From NCBI GenBank assembly GCA_963812015.1, contig CAWETI010000002.1, forward strand, positions 736,001 through 800,000: a DNA stretch of 64,000 nucleotides. Direction: 5' to 3'. This document shows, one piece after another, positions 27,002 to 38,052 of the stretch (within the stretch, counting starts at the first letter, position 1; each line of letters opens with the position of its first letter). The position numbers and the translations under genes were made by a program. The notes below the pieces were generated by a model. The model ran no database searches, was not told the origin of the DNA, and saw nothing but the letters and a program-made list of their open reading frames with translations. Origin of the DNA: an uncultured delta proteobacterium (lineage in GTDB: Bacteria > Desulfobacterota > Desulfobaccia > Desulfobaccales > 0-14-0-80-60-11).

Positions 27002-28492
27002 TTATTTGGGAATCTCCACCGTCTGGTAGAGGGTGCGGCCGGCGCGTTTGATCAAGAACCGGGCGACGGACTCTTTCTTCACCTTGGCAATGGTCTCCCG
27101 ATATTCTTTGACCGTGCTGACCGCCACGCCATCCACTTCCAGGATCAGGTCTCCCGCCCTGAGACCGGCATCAGCCGCGGGGCTGCCCGGCGCCACCTGG
27201 ATCACCACCACCCCCTTGTTATCCCGGAGGCGGAACTGGCTGGCGAGATTCGGGTTCAGATTCTGCACCTCCAACCCCAGAGGCGCCTTATCGGCCTCTT
27301 GCTTTTCGCCGGCCTGGGCCTGCCGCTCATCGGTGAGTTCCACGATGGTCAGGGACAGGGTCTTTTCCTTGCCTTGACGCAAGACTTTGATGGTGCTCTT
27401 GGTCCCCGGCGGCGTCTCCGCCACCTGTCGGGGCAATTCATTCATCTCATGGATGGGGTGGTCGTTGTATTCAATGATAATATCGCCCCGTTGGATGCCG
27501 GCCTTTTCGGCCGGCGTGCCGGGATTGACTTCGGCCACCAGAGCGCCTTTCGGTTCAGACATGCCGAAGGTCTTGGCCAACTCCGGGGTGACATTCTGGA
27601 CCTGCACCCCGATCATGCCCCGGACCACCTTGCCCTTTTCCCTTAGCTGGGGAATGATGGACTGAGCAATATTGCTGGGGGTGGCAAAGCCGATGCCCTG
27701 CCCGCTGGCCAAAATCGCGGTGTTGATGCCGATCACCTCTCCCTTGAGGTTGAGAAGGGGGCCGCCGCTGTTGCCCGGGTTGATGGAGGCGTCGGTTTGG
27801 AGGAAGTTGTCATAGGGCCCAGCGCCGATGACCCGACCCTTGGCGCTGATTATCCCCTGGGTGACGGTGTGCCCCAGGCCAAAGGGGTTGCCCACGGCCA
27901 GGACCCAGTCTCCCACCTGAATGGCCTCGGAATCCCCCAACTTCAGAAACGGCAGGTCTTTGGGCGGATCGACGATCTGGATCAGGGCCAGGTCGGTTTT
28001 GGGATCCCGGCCTTTGACGGTGGCCTGGTATTCCTTGCCGCCAACCAGGATAACCTTGATCTTTTCCGCGCCTTCCACTACGTGGTTATTGGTCACCACA
28101 TAGCCTGTGGGATCGATGATGAAGCCGGAACCGAGACTGCGAGCTTTATAGCTCTTGGGCATTTCCCCGAAATACTTGTCAAAAAAATCCCGGAAATCTC
28201 GGGACGGGCCCTCGGGACCGAAAGGCATTTTTTGGTCAGGACCCGGCGCCGGCATCTGGCGGCCCTCACCGAAAAATTCCCGCATCTGATTTTTTACCAG
28301 TTTTTCCGTGCTGATATTGACCACCGCGCCCGAGACCTCCTTGGCCAGCTTGGCAAAGGTATCCGGGGCCAAATAGGCGGGGGCCTGGCCCTGGGCTTGG
28401 GCCCAGGACGGCTGCGGGGTCGGGCCCAAGGGCCCCAGGCCCAGCAAGGCCCCAACCATGATAAGGCTAATTATGGGGCTGCGCTTTTTCAT
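27002..28492 (-). CDS. DegP/DegQ (HtrA, Do family) serine protease with two PDZ domains
   Basis: SLGSGF, TNNHV, TDLA, INPGNSGG triad; start MKKRS overlapping the upstream gene. Confidence 0.93.
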   Translation of the reverse strand: MKKRSPIISLIMVGALLGLGPLGPTPQPSWAQAQGQAPAYLAPDTFAKLAKEVSGAVVNISTEKLVKNQMREFFGEGRQMPAPGPDQKMPFGPEGPSRDFRDFFDKYFGEMPKSYKARSLGSGFIIDPTGYVVTNNHVVEGAEKIKVILVGGKEYQATVKGRDPKTDLALIQIVDPPKDLPFLKLGDSEAIQVGDWVLAVGNPFGLGHTVTQGIISAKGRVIGAGPYDNFLQTDASINPGNSGGPLLNLKGEVIGINTAILASGQGIGFATPSNIAQSIIPQLREKGKVVRGMIGVQVQNVTPELAKTFGMSEPKGALVAEVNPGTPAEKAGIQRGDIIIEYNDHPIHEMNELPRQVAETPPGTKSTIKVLRQGKEKTLSLTIVELTDERQAQAGEKQEADKAPLGLEVQNLNPNLASQFRLRDNKGVVVIQVAPGSPAADAGLRAGDLILEVDGVAVSTVKEYRETIAKVKKESVARFLIKRAGRTLYQTVEIPK

Positions 28493-29876
28493 CCTTCTTC
28501 TCCTCTTTATCCTGGCTGGGTGATGCTCCCGGCAGGGACTGCATGGCAGACTTCTTCCCCACGACAACCAGGAGATATTTATCCGGGTGGAGATATAGAT
28601 CGGCCACTTTCTGGATATCCGCAGGGGTCAAGTGCTCGATGAGATCCGGATAGCGCCAGGGGTAATCCAGTCCCAGGCCATAAACTTCCACATATCCCAA
28701 GAGCCAGGCGCGCTTGGACATGGAGTCCATCTTCCGGGGAAAGCTGCCGATCAGATAAGACTTGGCGTCGTTAAGTTCCTCCGGCGTCACCGGTTGGGTC
28801 CGGATGCGCCGCAGTTGTTCCACTACCTGGGTGATGGCCTCCCCGGCCGTGGCGTTTTTAGTCTCCAGGGACACCGCGAAGGGGCCGGGGGCCAACCCCG
28901 GAGAAAAGCCGCTGGAAACGTTATAAACCAGGCCCCGGCTCTCCCGGATTTCGTCCATGAGCCGGGACGCGAAGCCCCCGCCCCCCAAGATGTAATTCAT
29001 CACCTGCACGGCATAAAAATCCGGATTGTTCCGGGCGATCCCCAGATGGCCCAGGATGATGTTGGCCTGGCTGATGTCTTTATCGATCACTACTTCTCTG
29101 CGTTTTTCCAGGGGAGGAATAGCAGGCAAGGCGGGGGCCGGGATGGGGGCCGCGGCCCAGGCCCCGAAGGTTTTGGCAACCCACTGGTTCGCTTCGTCCT
29201 GAGTTAAGTCGCCCACCAGGCTTAAAATCGCATTGTTGGGCCGGTAGTACTTCCGATGAAACTCCACCAAGTCCTTGGGGGTAATGGCCGACAGTCCCGG
29301 GACCGTGCCCAGGACCGGATGGCCATAGGGAAAGGCCCCATACAGGTCCTTGAGGAAGACTCGCGACGCCACCACCCCGGGCTCATCTTCTTCGCTAAGG
29401 AGCGACGCTTTGGCCTGGCTCACTTTCCGCTGTACTTCCGCCGCAGGGAAAGTGGGGTTCATCAAGATATCCTTGAACAGGTCCAGGGCCGGGCCCAGGT
29501 CCTTTTTCAGCACCGTCAGGCTGATCGTGGCGAAATCATCGCCCCCCGCCGCCCCCAGCTGCGCCCCCAAAAAATCCAGTTCTTCCGCAATCTTGGCCGA
29601 AGAGCGGGTTTTGGTGCCGTTGCGCAGCAGGGAGGCCGTCAGGTTGCCCATCCCTTCCTTGCCCGGGGGGTCTTCCAGGGTTCCGGCCTTGATAATGAGT
29701 TCCAGGGTCACCAGGGGCAGTTCGGCCTGCCGGGAAAAGAGCCATACCAGGTTGTTGGGCAGTTGCTGCCGGGTTCCCAGCACCTGGGACGCCGGCGCCG
29801 CTAAAGCTGCACCGCTCCACAGCAAAACTCCAATGACCATCCAGGTAAAGCGTTTAAGCACTTTTTTCTCCATCAT
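28467..29876 (-). CDS. M16 family peptidase, non-catalytic subunit
   Basis: M16 fold, ILGGGGFASRL, lacks HxxEH. Confidence 0.88.
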   Translation of the reverse strand: MMEKKVLKRFTWMVIGVLLWSGAALAAPASQVLGTRQQLPNNLVWLFSRQAELPLVTLELIIKAGTLEDPPGKEGMGNLTASLLRNGTKTRSSAKIAEELDFLGAQLGAAGGDDFATISLTVLKKDLGPALDLFKDILMNPTFPAAEVQRKVSQAKASLLSEEDEPGVVASRVFLKDLYGAFPYGHPVLGTVPGLSAITPKDLVEFHRKYYRPNNAILSLVGDLTQDEANQWVAKTFGAWAAAPIPAPALPAIPPLEKRREVVIDKDISQANIILGHLGIARNNPDFYAVQVMNYILGGGGFASRLMDEIRESRGLVYNVSSGFSPGLAPGPFAVSLETKNATAGEAITQVVEQLRRIRTQPVTPEELNDAKSYLIGSFPRKMDSMSKRAWLLGYVEVYGLGLDYPWRYPDLIEHLTPADIQKVADLYLHPDKYLLVVVGKKSAMQSLPGASPSQDKEEKKDEKAQPHN

Positions 29877-29918
29877 GATCGCGCCTGCAAGATTACAGCC
29901 GTCAGCTATCGGGCTGGA

Positions 29919-31373
29919 TTAACGAATCTCGCCTCCCGGTCGAAACTGCCCGGTCGGGGCTTTGCCGTTCTTGAGGGGCACCAAGATCCCCACGGCCAGG
30001 TTATTGGCCACCAGGTATTTTCTGGCCACTTCCCGGATCTGGGCGCTGGTGACCTGCTGAATCTTGGGAATGAATTCTTTGAGCAGGGTCCAGCGGGCCA
30101 CGGTCTCGGTCCGCCCCAGCAGCATGCCCCGGTAGAAGATGGAATCCATGGCCATATAAAAGGAGGCCGCCACCTGATTTTTGACCTTTTGCAGCTCCTT
30201 GTCGCCCACCGGGTCGGTTTGCAGCCGCTTGATCTCAGCCTCCAGGGCCGCCTGTAGCTGAGCGATGGTCTTCTTCGGCATGGGTTGGCCGTAAAGCGAA
30301 AACACGTAAGGGTCGGTGGTGTCAAAACTATAGTCCGCCCCGGCTTCCAGGGCCAGCTTCTGCTGGTACACCAGGTTATGATACAGCCGGGAACTGCGGC
30401 CCTGGGAGAGGATCCGGGACAGCAACTCCAGGGGATAGGCGTCAGGGCTCTCCCAGTTAGGCGCGTGATAGTTCATGAGGATGGCAGGGAACTGGGCCTC
30501 CCGGGACACCTCCACCCGGCACGGCCCGTGATGTTCGGGCTCCTGGGCGGTAACCTTGGGAGGCTCCGGCCCCGCCGGCAACTTCCCGAAGGTCGCTTCA
30601 ATCTGGGTAAGGGCTTCCTTGGGGTCGATATCGCCCACCACCACCAGGGTGCAGTTGTTGGGGAGATAGTAACGGTGGTAATAGGCGCGGTAATCGTCCA
30701 GGGAGATGCTTTCGATGTCATGGAGCCAGCCGATCACCGGCCACTGGTACGGGTGGGCTTCAAAGGTGGCGGCCATGGCGACTTCCTGCATGAAGCTCCC
30801 CGGGTCGTCTTCGGTGCGCATGCGCCGTTCCTCGATTACCACCTTCTTTTCAGTTTCGAAGGCCTTTTCGTCGACATTGACGCCCCGCATGCGGTCCGCT
30901 TCCATCTCCAGCCAGTGGCGCAACTGGTCTTTGGGGCCGGTTTCGAAGAAGGCGGTATAATTCCTGGAGGTAAAGGCATTATCCGTGCCTCCCACCTTCT
31001 GCACATCCCGGGAGAAAACCTTGGGCGCAAACTTGGCCGTGCCTTTGAACATCATGTGCTCGCACAGGTGGGAGATGCCGGTCTTGCCCAGAGATTCATT
31101 GCGGGAGCCCACTTTGTACCAAAGCTGGAGGGAAACGATGGGGGCCCGGCTTTCCTGCAAGAGCAGCACCTTGAGGCCATTGGCCAGTTTGTGCTCCACC
31201 ACCTTATCAAAGAGGTTGCCATTCTCCGCCGCTCTGAGGGGGATGGCGCTTAGCCATAGCCAGGTCACGGCTACCAGCGCCGCTAACAGCCAGATCCGCC
31301 GCCGGCCGGGAGCCCAGCCGGACCCGGAACGGCCGGCGCCGCCTAATTTCAGATGGTGCGAGGCAAAAGTCAT
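29919..31373 (-). CDS. M16 family zinc peptidase, catalytic subunit
   Basis: HLCEHMMFKG (HxxEH), NAFT, VIEERRMR. Confidence 0.92.
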   Translation of the reverse strand: MTFASHHLKLGGAGRSGSGWAPGRRRIWLLAALVAVTWLWLSAIPLRAAENGNLFDKVVEHKLANGLKVLLLQESRAPIVSLQLWYKVGSRNESLGKTGISHLCEHMMFKGTAKFAPKVFSRDVQKVGGTDNAFTSRNYTAFFETGPKDQLRHWLEMEADRMRGVNVDEKAFETEKKVVIEERRMRTEDDPGSFMQEVAMAATFEAHPYQWPVIGWLHDIESISLDDYRAYYHRYYLPNNCTLVVVGDIDPKEALTQIEATFGKLPAGPEPPKVTAQEPEHHGPCRVEVSREAQFPAILMNYHAPNWESPDAYPLELLSRILSQGRSSRLYHNLVYQQKLALEAGADYSFDTTDPYVFSLYGQPMPKKTIAQLQAALEAEIKRLQTDPVGDKELQKVKNQVAASFYMAMDSIFYRGMLLGRTETVARWTLLKEFIPKIQQVTSAQIREVARKYLVANNLAVGILVPLKNGKAPTGQFRPGGEIR

Positions 31374-31490
31374 AGGATTCCTAACTTCGCAATAGGTTGG
31401 GTTCAGGAAGGATCAGGTGCACAATCCTTAACCGGTCACGAGTTTAACGTAAAGTCTCCCTTGACCGATTTCAAGGGAGCCAGGAAAAGT

Positions 31491-31997
31491 TTATTCCGGT
31501 CCCGTCGTTTGCCTCCCGGTCGTCCGGGATATGGCTGAGGCTTCGAAGTTGGGCCTCCAGACCGCAAGAGTAATCAGCGCCGCCAGGCTGGCGCCGGACA
31601 TATCCAGGAGGACATCCCCAATGCACCCGGTCCGGGAGCTGCAAAAACTTTGGTGCCCCTCGTCCGTCGAGGCAAATAACAGACAAAACCCCAACGACCA
31701 GAGGAACGCCACCCCCGGCCGGTAATCCGCATGCCCGCGAAAAGCCCGGAACCAGAGAAAGTACATGCCGCCGTAAACCAGAACGTGGCCGGTTTTCCGC
31801 AGATAGAAATTGATCGCATCAATCCGGGCCGGTTTCAGGGCCACGACCCAGGACAGCAGCCATTGCAGCAAATGCCCGGTATTATCGCTCGAACCGAGAT
31901 CTCCCGACATGCCTATGACCGCCAGGCTCCAAAGAATGGGGGGAACCCAATAATACAGCAAGAGGGGCTTCCGCCAAATAGGTATGGTCATGCCCAA
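31491..31997 (-). CDS. VanZ family membrane protein
   Basis: RKTGH...Y, DEGHQSF..SRTG..DVLLD. Confidence 0.85.
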   Translation of the reverse strand: MGMTIPIWRKPLLLYYWVPPILWSLAVIGMSGDLGSSDNTGHLLQWLLSWVVALKPARIDAINFYLRKTGHVLVYGGMYFLWFRAFRGHADYRPGVAFLWSLGFCLLFASTDEGHQSFCSSRTGCIGDVLLDMSGASLAALITLAVWRPNFEASAISRTTGRQTTGPE

Positions 31998-32247
31998 AAG
32001 CTCACTCCCTTCATCCCGGTGGGGATCGCCCTGAAGCCTGATGCGCTGCCTTTAAACATAATTAGACTCACCTTCGCTAGGTTTTATTAAGGCAGTGAGG
32101 CAAAAATTTCCCGCCGGAGAGGCAAGAGATTGGAAATTCTCCAGATAAATTCCTCAAGCAAGTTCTCGGTCATGAAGCCCCGTCAGTTTTCCGGCCCACG
32201 GTTCTGGCCTGGTCAGGGGGTCTCGTCATGTTGCCGCCCCCATGCCG

Positions 32248-33408
32248 TTATCCCAGGATCGCCTCGACAAAGGCCTCGGCGTCAAAAGGCCGCAGGTCTT
32301 CCATGGCCTCCCCCACCCCGATGTATTTGAGGGGTATCCCGGTCTCGTGGACCACCGCCAGGGCCACGCCGCCCTTGGCGGTGCCGTCCATCTTGGTGAG
32401 GATCAGCCCCGTCACCCCCACGGCCTCATGAAATAGCCGGGCCTGGTTCAGGGCGTTTTGTCCCGTGGTGGCGTCCAGGATGAGGAGCACCTCATGGGGC
32501 GCCCCGGGTATTTTTTTGGCCGCGGTGCGGTGAATCTTTTTCAACTCCTCCATCAGGTTGACCTTGGTGTGGAGCCGCCCCGCGGTGTCCACGTACACCG
32601 TATCAACGTCCCGGGCCAGGGCCGCGGCCAGGCCGTCGAAGACCACTGCGGCCGGGTCGGCCCCGGTCTTTTGTTTGACCACCGCCGCGCCGACGCGCTC
32701 CCCCCAAATCTCCAACTGCTCCACCGCCGCGGCCCGGAAGGTGTCCCCGGCCACCAACAGGGTCGTCAATCCCTGGGTCCGGTCCCGGTGGGCCAGCTTG
32801 GCGAGGGTGGTGGTTTTGCCCACGCCGTTGACCCCCACCAGCAGCACCACTCGGGGACGGGGGCTCAGCGCCTGGGGGGCGGGGCCAGTCAGCAGGGCGA
32901 CCATCTCCGCCTTGAGCGCGGCCTTGAGCCTTTCTACGTCCCCCAACTCCCGGCGTTTCAATTTTTCCTGCAGGGCCTGGATCAGAAAGAGGCTGGTTTC
33001 CACCCCCAGATCGGCCGTAATCAACAATTCCTCGAGGTCTTCCAGGAGTTCGGCATCAACGACTTTCCGCCCCTTGAAGACCCGCTCCAAACCTCCGCTC
33101 AAGGCCTCCCGGGTCCGCTGTAAGCGTTCCCGCAGACGCCGAAACCGCTTCCGGCGAACCACTTCGCTCACTTCCCCGGGGAGCTCCAGATCCTCAGCCT
33201 CTTGCAACCCTTCCCCGGCGGCCTCCGCCGGGGAAGAATCCGGGGCCGAGGCCAGGGGAACCACTTCCTCCCCGGCAGTTTCTCCGACCTCGGCAGCAGA
33301 AACCTCCCCGGATGCCGTTTCCAGGTCGGCCTCTGGCGGGGAAAGAGACTCTGCCTCCTCCCCCTTTTCCTGTTCCTTGCCCTTGCGGCGAAACCAGCGG
33401 CGCATCAC
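32248..33408 (-). CDS. ftsY: SRP receptor FtsY
   Basis: Acidic N-terminus, GVNGVGKTTT, DTFRAAA, DTAGR, TKMDGTAKGG. Confidence 0.96.
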   Translation of the reverse strand: MMRRWFRRKGKEQEKGEEAESLSPPEADLETASGEVSAAEVGETAGEEVVPLASAPDSSPAEAAGEGLQEAEDLELPGEVSEVVRRKRFRRLRERLQRTREALSGGLERVFKGRKVVDAELLEDLEELLITADLGVETSLFLIQALQEKLKRRELGDVERLKAALKAEMVALLTGPAPQALSPRPRVVLLVGVNGVGKTTTLAKLAHRDRTQGLTTLLVAGDTFRAAAVEQLEIWGERVGAAVVKQKTGADPAAVVFDGLAAALARDVDTVYVDTAGRLHTKVNLMEELKKIHRTAAKKIPGAPHEVLLILDATTGQNALNQARLFHEAVGVTGLILTKMDGTAKGGVALAVVHETGIPLKYIGVGEAMEDLRPFDAEAFVEAILG

Positions 33409-35477
33409 TATGACGTCGTAATTTTAGAGAAATCGGCCATGAGGAGGAAGGTCCGGCTGATACGGACCAGCAGGGCCAGACGGTTACGGCGCAAATCGGC
33501 ATCCTCAGCCATTACCATGACCTTATCGAAAAAGGCGTCCACCGGACCTCTAAGGCCGGCCAAGGCCCGGCACACCCCGGGATAATCCCGCTGCTCCAGG
33601 GTCCGGGATACCTCCAACTCCATCAATGCCGTTGCCTCGAACAACAAATTTTCCTCGGGATATTCGAAGAGCAAGGGAGTCACTTCGGCAGCCTCGGTCC
33701 CCTGAGCGATATTGATGACCCTTTTAAAGGCCGTTGCCAGGGCCGGAAATTCCGGGCTCTGGCGGACCGCGGCCAGGGCCCTCACCTTGTCCGCCGCGTC
33801 CACCACGTCTCGGCAGCCCGCAGCCAGGACCGCGGTGATGGTCTCGTGATCAAAGCCTTCCACCAGGAGAAGATGATGGAACCGGGTCTGGAAGAAATCC
33901 AGCACCTCCAGGGCCGTTTCCTCCCTGGTCCGGCTGATCTTGCCCTGTAAAAGCTCGAGGGCGGCCGCCACGGTGGCCACCAAATCCAGGTGCAGGCCCT
34001 GGCTGCGCAAGATGCGGATGACGGCCAGGGCATGGCGTCTCAGACCGTAGGGGTCGGCGGTGCCCGTGGGGCTCAGGCCCACCCCGAAGCAGCCGCAGAT
34101 GGTGTCCAGACGGTCCGCCAGACCCACCAGGGCGCCCACCCGGTCCGGGGGCAGTTCATCATCGGCATGCCGGGGAAAGTAGTGGGTGAAGAGGGCCTCA
34201 GCCACCTCGGCGGGCTCGCCGGAGAGTTTGGCGTACTGGCGGCCCATCACCCCCTGGAGGCTGGGGAATTCCCCCACCATTTCGGTGACGATGTCGGCCT
34301 TGCACAACGTGGCGGCACGTTTAACCTGTTCCGTAAGTTCCGGGGCCAGTTGCCCGGCCAGCCGCGCCGCCAGTTCCCGGAAGCGCTCCATCTTCTCGTA
34401 GGAAGTGCCCAACAGGGAGTGAAACATCACGCCCTTCAAGGCCTCCACCCGATTTTCCAGGGGGGTCTTGGCATCCTCCTTATAAAAAAACATGGCGTCG
34501 CTGAGCCGGGCGCGGATCACCCGCTCATGGCCCTTACGGACCACATCCGGGTTCCGGGTCAGGGTGTTGTTCACCGCAATGAAATGGGGCAGCAGGCGGC
34601 CGTCGGCGCCTCTTAAGGAGAAGTACCGCTGATGCTCCCGCATGGAGGTGATGAGCACCTCGTCGGGGAGGGCCAGAAATCTGTCTTCGAAGTTCCCCAC
34701 CACCACTGAAGGATATTCCACCAGGAAGGTGTTCTCTTCCAGCAGCCCTGGGTTGGGCACCACTTCACCATGCACTCCGGCCGCGGCCCGGGCTAACTCC
34801 TGCTCCAGCAAGGCCCGGCGCGCGGCCGGGTCCACGATGACCCTGGCCGTCTTGAGGGTCGCCACATAGGCCTGGGCGTCCTTAACCTCAACGGCCCCGG
34901 GGGCCAGAAAGCGGTGGCCCCGGGTGGTCCCGCCGCTCACCACATCGCCCACCGCGAAGGTGATCACCGCCCCCCCGTAACGGGCCAAAATCCAGTGGAT
35001 GGGCCGGGCAAAGGTGATGGTCTCTGAACCCCAGCGCATGGATTTGGGGAAGCTCAATCCCAGGATAAACCCCGGCAGCAACTCCGGCAGGCGCTCGGTG
35101 GTGGGCCGCCCGGTGGTGGACTTGCTCACCGCCAGATAGACGCCCCGGGGGGTGTCCACTTCGATGAGGTCCGAGACCGCCACGCCTTGCTTCTTGGCAA
35201 AACCCAGGGCCGCGGGGGTGGGCTGGCCAGCCGCATCAAAGGCCACGGCTTTGGGGGGGCCAAGTTCCTCAGTTTTCGTATTAGCCTGAGCCGCCGCCAG
35301 GTCACGAGCCACCAGGGCCAGGCGACGGGGAGTCCCCCAGGTATCAATATCCCCCACCGCAATCAGTTCTTGCTTCATCAGCTCCCGGAACGAAGCAGCC
35401 ATCTCCTCCAGTGCCTTCGGGATAAAACGGGCCGGAATCTCTTCAGTGCCAATCTCCAATAACAATTCTTTCGCCAT
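33408..35477 (-). CDS. glyS: Glycine--tRNA ligase beta subunit
   Basis: LLLEIGTEEIP, TPRRL, PKSMRWG, DPYGLRR, NRLALL. Confidence 0.97.
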   Translation of the reverse strand: MAKELLLEIGTEEIPARFIPKALEEMAASFRELMKQELIAVGDIDTWGTPRRLALVARDLAAAQANTKTEELGPPKAVAFDAAGQPTPAALGFAKKQGVAVSDLIEVDTPRGVYLAVSKSTTGRPTTERLPELLPGFILGLSFPKSMRWGSETITFARPIHWILARYGGAVITFAVGDVVSGGTTRGHRFLAPGAVEVKDAQAYVATLKTARVIVDPAARRALLEQELARAAAGVHGEVVPNPGLLEENTFLVEYPSVVVGNFEDRFLALPDEVLITSMREHQRYFSLRGADGRLLPHFIAVNNTLTRNPDVVRKGHERVIRARLSDAMFFYKEDAKTPLENRVEALKGVMFHSLLGTSYEKMERFRELAARLAGQLAPELTEQVKRAATLCKADIVTEMVGEFPSLQGVMGRQYAKLSGEPAEVAEALFTHYFPRHADDELPPDRVGALVGLADRLDTICGCFGVGLSPTGTADPYGLRRHALAVIRILRSQGLHLDLVATVAAALELLQGKISRTREETALEVLDFFQTRFHHLLLVEGFDHETITAVLAAGCRDVVDAADKVRALAAVRQSPEFPALATAFKRVINIAQGTEAAEVTPLLFEYPEENLLFEATALMELEVSRTLEQRDYPGVCRALAGLRGPVDAFFDKVMVMAEDADLRRNRLALLVRISRTFLLMADFSKITTS

Positions 35478-35507
35478 GGTGATCCTCGTGTGACTGCAGC
35501 GATAAAG

Positions 35508-36377
35508 TTACTTTTTCAGCAAGGGAAAGCCCATCTCTTCCCGTTGTTTCAGGTAGCCTTCGGCGCACAGGCGGGCCAGTTGTCGCACCCGGCCGATGAG
35601 GCTGCTGCGCTCCGCCACGCTGATGGCCCCCCGGGCATTCAGGAGGTTAAAGGTATGGGAGCATTTCAGGCAGTAATCGTAAGCCGGGAGCACCAGTTTC
35701 AGGCCGATGATGCGCAAGGCTTCCGCCTCATACATGTCGAAGAGGCGGAAGAGCATGTCCACGTCGGCCTGCTCGAAATTATAGATGGAGTGCTCCACTT
35801 CGCCCCGGTGGTGCACGTCCCCGTATGTCACGCCCTTGGTCCATTCCAGGTCATAGACGCTCTCCACCCCCTGGATATACATGGCGATGCGCTCCGGACC
35901 ATAGGTCAATTCCACGCTCACCGGGGCAAGGTCGATGGAGCCGGCCTGCTGAAAATAGGTGAACTGGGTGATTTCCATGCCGTCCAGCCAGACCTCCCAG
36001 CCCAGGCCCCAGGCCCCCAGGGTGGGGGATTCCCAGTCGTCTTCCACGAAGCGGATATCATGGTCCAGGGGATCGAGCCCCAGGGTTCTCAAGCTGTCGA
36101 GATAGAGTTCCTGGACATTTTTGGGAGAGGGCTTGAGGATCACCTGGTATTGGTAATAGTGCTGCAGGCGGTTGGGGTTCTCGCCGTAGCGCCCGTCGGT
36201 GGGCCGCCGGGAAGGCTCCACATAGGCCACGTTCCAGGGTTCCGGCCCCAGGACCCGGAGCAGGGTGGCGGGGTTGAAAGTGCCAGCCCCCACCTCGATG
36301 TCGTAAGGTTGTTGGATGACGCAGCCCCGCTCAGCCCAGAAGCGCTGCAGGGTCATCAACAGTTCCTGAAAAGTCAT
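35508..36377 (-). CDS. glyQ: Glycine--tRNA ligase alpha subunit
   Basis: [33 protein letters not shown]. Confidence 0.98.
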   Translation of the reverse strand: MTFQELLMTLQRFWAERGCVIQQPYDIEVGAGTFNPATLLRVLGPEPWNVAYVEPSRRPTDGRYGENPNRLQHYYQYQVILKPSPKNVQELYLDSLRTLGLDPLDHDIRFVEDDWESPTLGAWGLGWEVWLDGMEITQFTYFQQAGSIDLAPVSVELTYGPERIAMYIQGVESVYDLEWTKGVTYGDVHHRGEVEHSIYNFEQADVDMLFRLFDMYEAEALRIIGLKLVLPAYDYCLKCSHTFNLLNARGAISVAERSSLIGRVRQLARLCAEGYLKQREEMGFPLLKK

Positions 36378-36646
36378 CCCGCCTCTCCTTTAAGAAAAAT
36401 ATCTGATTATATTAACCGGTTAGGTGCCACGTTGTCAAGGTCCGCCCCGGCCTCTCCCGCCGCCGCCGCTACTTTTCCGGCCCCTCCCATCGGGTTTTCC
36501 ACACCTTCAGTCGGCTGAGCCGGTTAATACGCAAGGTGGCCAGGGTGCGAACTAAAGGGGACACCGGGCAGCTCTTTTTACGATGGGACCTTTTTCCTCT
36601 CTTGACGCCGCTTTGATCCCAGGTTATATGAATCCTATCACCCTAC

Positions 36647-36721
<75 letters not shown>

Positions 36722-36730
36722 GTAATTTCA

Positions 36731-36763
36731 GGGGGTTACGGTTGAGGCCGTAGCCCCTTTTTC
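36731..36763 (+). terminator. Terminator after tRNA-Val
   Basis: GGGGTTACGG-TTGAGG-CCGTAGCCCC followed by T5. Confidence 0.75.
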
Positions 36764-37158
36764 TTGTCTGTGGCCATTTTGCTCCCATCTTCTCCAAAAA
36801 TCGCAGGTTTCGGCCCACAGGCTAGCTCCTGGTGTACTGGGGAGGATCTATTATTCACATTAGTTGAGATCCTACGTGGCGCTCAGGATGACAAAAGAGC
36901 CAGTTTTTCAACAGTCTGATAGAGAAGATGCAGGGGCGGAAAGGTGCGAGCCGATATGATAAGGAAGCACCTTATGGGGCGGAGAGAGGAGCAGGGATTT
37001 AGACCAAACCCATGACGGGCGGGAAAAGTTTTCTGACCGAATCTATCAGAACGGCATCAATTGATAACCGCAATAAAGGGCAGGAGAAAGTAAGTTTTGC
37101 GGGGAATACTAATCTTGAAATCGTCTTTTGCTCGGAGGCGCGGCGATGCTACCGGGTT

Positions 37159-38046
37159 TTACCGAAACCACGCCGGCAAAAACGCCGGTTCGGGGTAGGG
37201 GAGGGCCAGTTGGCTCAGGGACTCTTCGGTGTCCTGGCCCAGGAGGAGGCTCAGGAGAGAGAAGCCTTCCTTCTTGGGATAGACGGCTTCCACCTTGCCC
37301 TTGATGCCTCCCAGGCGCCCGGCCTTCTCGATGGCGTCGGGGAGGTTGCCGAACTCATCCACCAGGCCAATCTGCTTAGCTTCCTCGCCGGAATAGACCC
37401 GGCCTTCCGCCAGGGTTTTCAGCTTGGCCAGGGGAATCTTGCGGTTGCGGGCCACGTCGCTTAAGAACTGCTGGTAGATGTTGTCGAGCAGACCCTGGAG
37501 ATAGGCCTTGTCTTCGGGGCTCATGGGACGGAAGGGCGAGCCTGCGTCTTTGTAGCGCCCGGCCTTCAGGTTGAAGAAATCCAGCCCGAGCTTCTTGGTC
37601 AGGCCCTCCACGTTGGTGAACTGCATGATCACGCCGATACTGCCGGTGGCGGTGCCCCGGTTGGCCATGATGAGGTTGGCCCCGGAGGCGATGTAGTAGC
37701 CCCCGGAGGCGGCCACGGTCCCCAGGGAAGCCACGATCTTTTTCTTGGCGCGGACCTTCTCCACCTCCCGAAGGATCTCCTGGGCGGGCCCCACGGCGCC
37801 GCCCGGAGAGTTGATTCGGAGCACGATGGCCTTGATACTGCTATCGTCCCGGTAGCGGTCCAGTTGCTTGATGGTGGTTCGGGAGTCGGTGAGCAAGCCC
37901 TTGATCTCCACCACCCCCACCTGCTCCCGGGAGGTAAACAAACTGCCTTTCCCCAGGAGGGCCAGGACCACCCCGGAGAGCCCCAGAAAGAAGAGGACCA
38001 CCAGGGTGGTGATGAGGCAACCGGTCCACAGAGTCCGAGTTTGCAT
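37159..38046 (-). CDS. sppA: Signal peptide peptidase SppA (S49)
   Basis: RINSPGG, AASGGYY, GSIGV, GRYKD. Confidence 0.93.
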   Translation of the reverse strand: MQTRTLWTGCLITTLVVLFFLGLSGVVLALLGKGSLFTSREQVGVVEIKGLLTDSRTTIKQLDRYRDDSSIKAIVLRINSPGGAVGPAQEILREVEKVRAKKKIVASLGTVAASGGYYIASGANLIMANRGTATGSIGVIMQFTNVEGLTKKLGLDFFNLKAGRYKDAGSPFRPMSPEDKAYLQGLLDNIYQQFLSDVARNRKIPLAKLKTLAEGRVYSGEEAKQIGLVDEFGNLPDAIEKAGRLGGIKGKVEAVYPKKEGFSLLSLLLGQDTEESLSQLALPYPEPAFLPAWFR

Positions 38047-38052
38047 GGCGCC

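Noticed and set aside
36722..37158. Integrated element at tRNA-Val
   Set aside because: No integrase and no duplicated tRNA 3' end nearby; only a terminator and a partial REP-like copy
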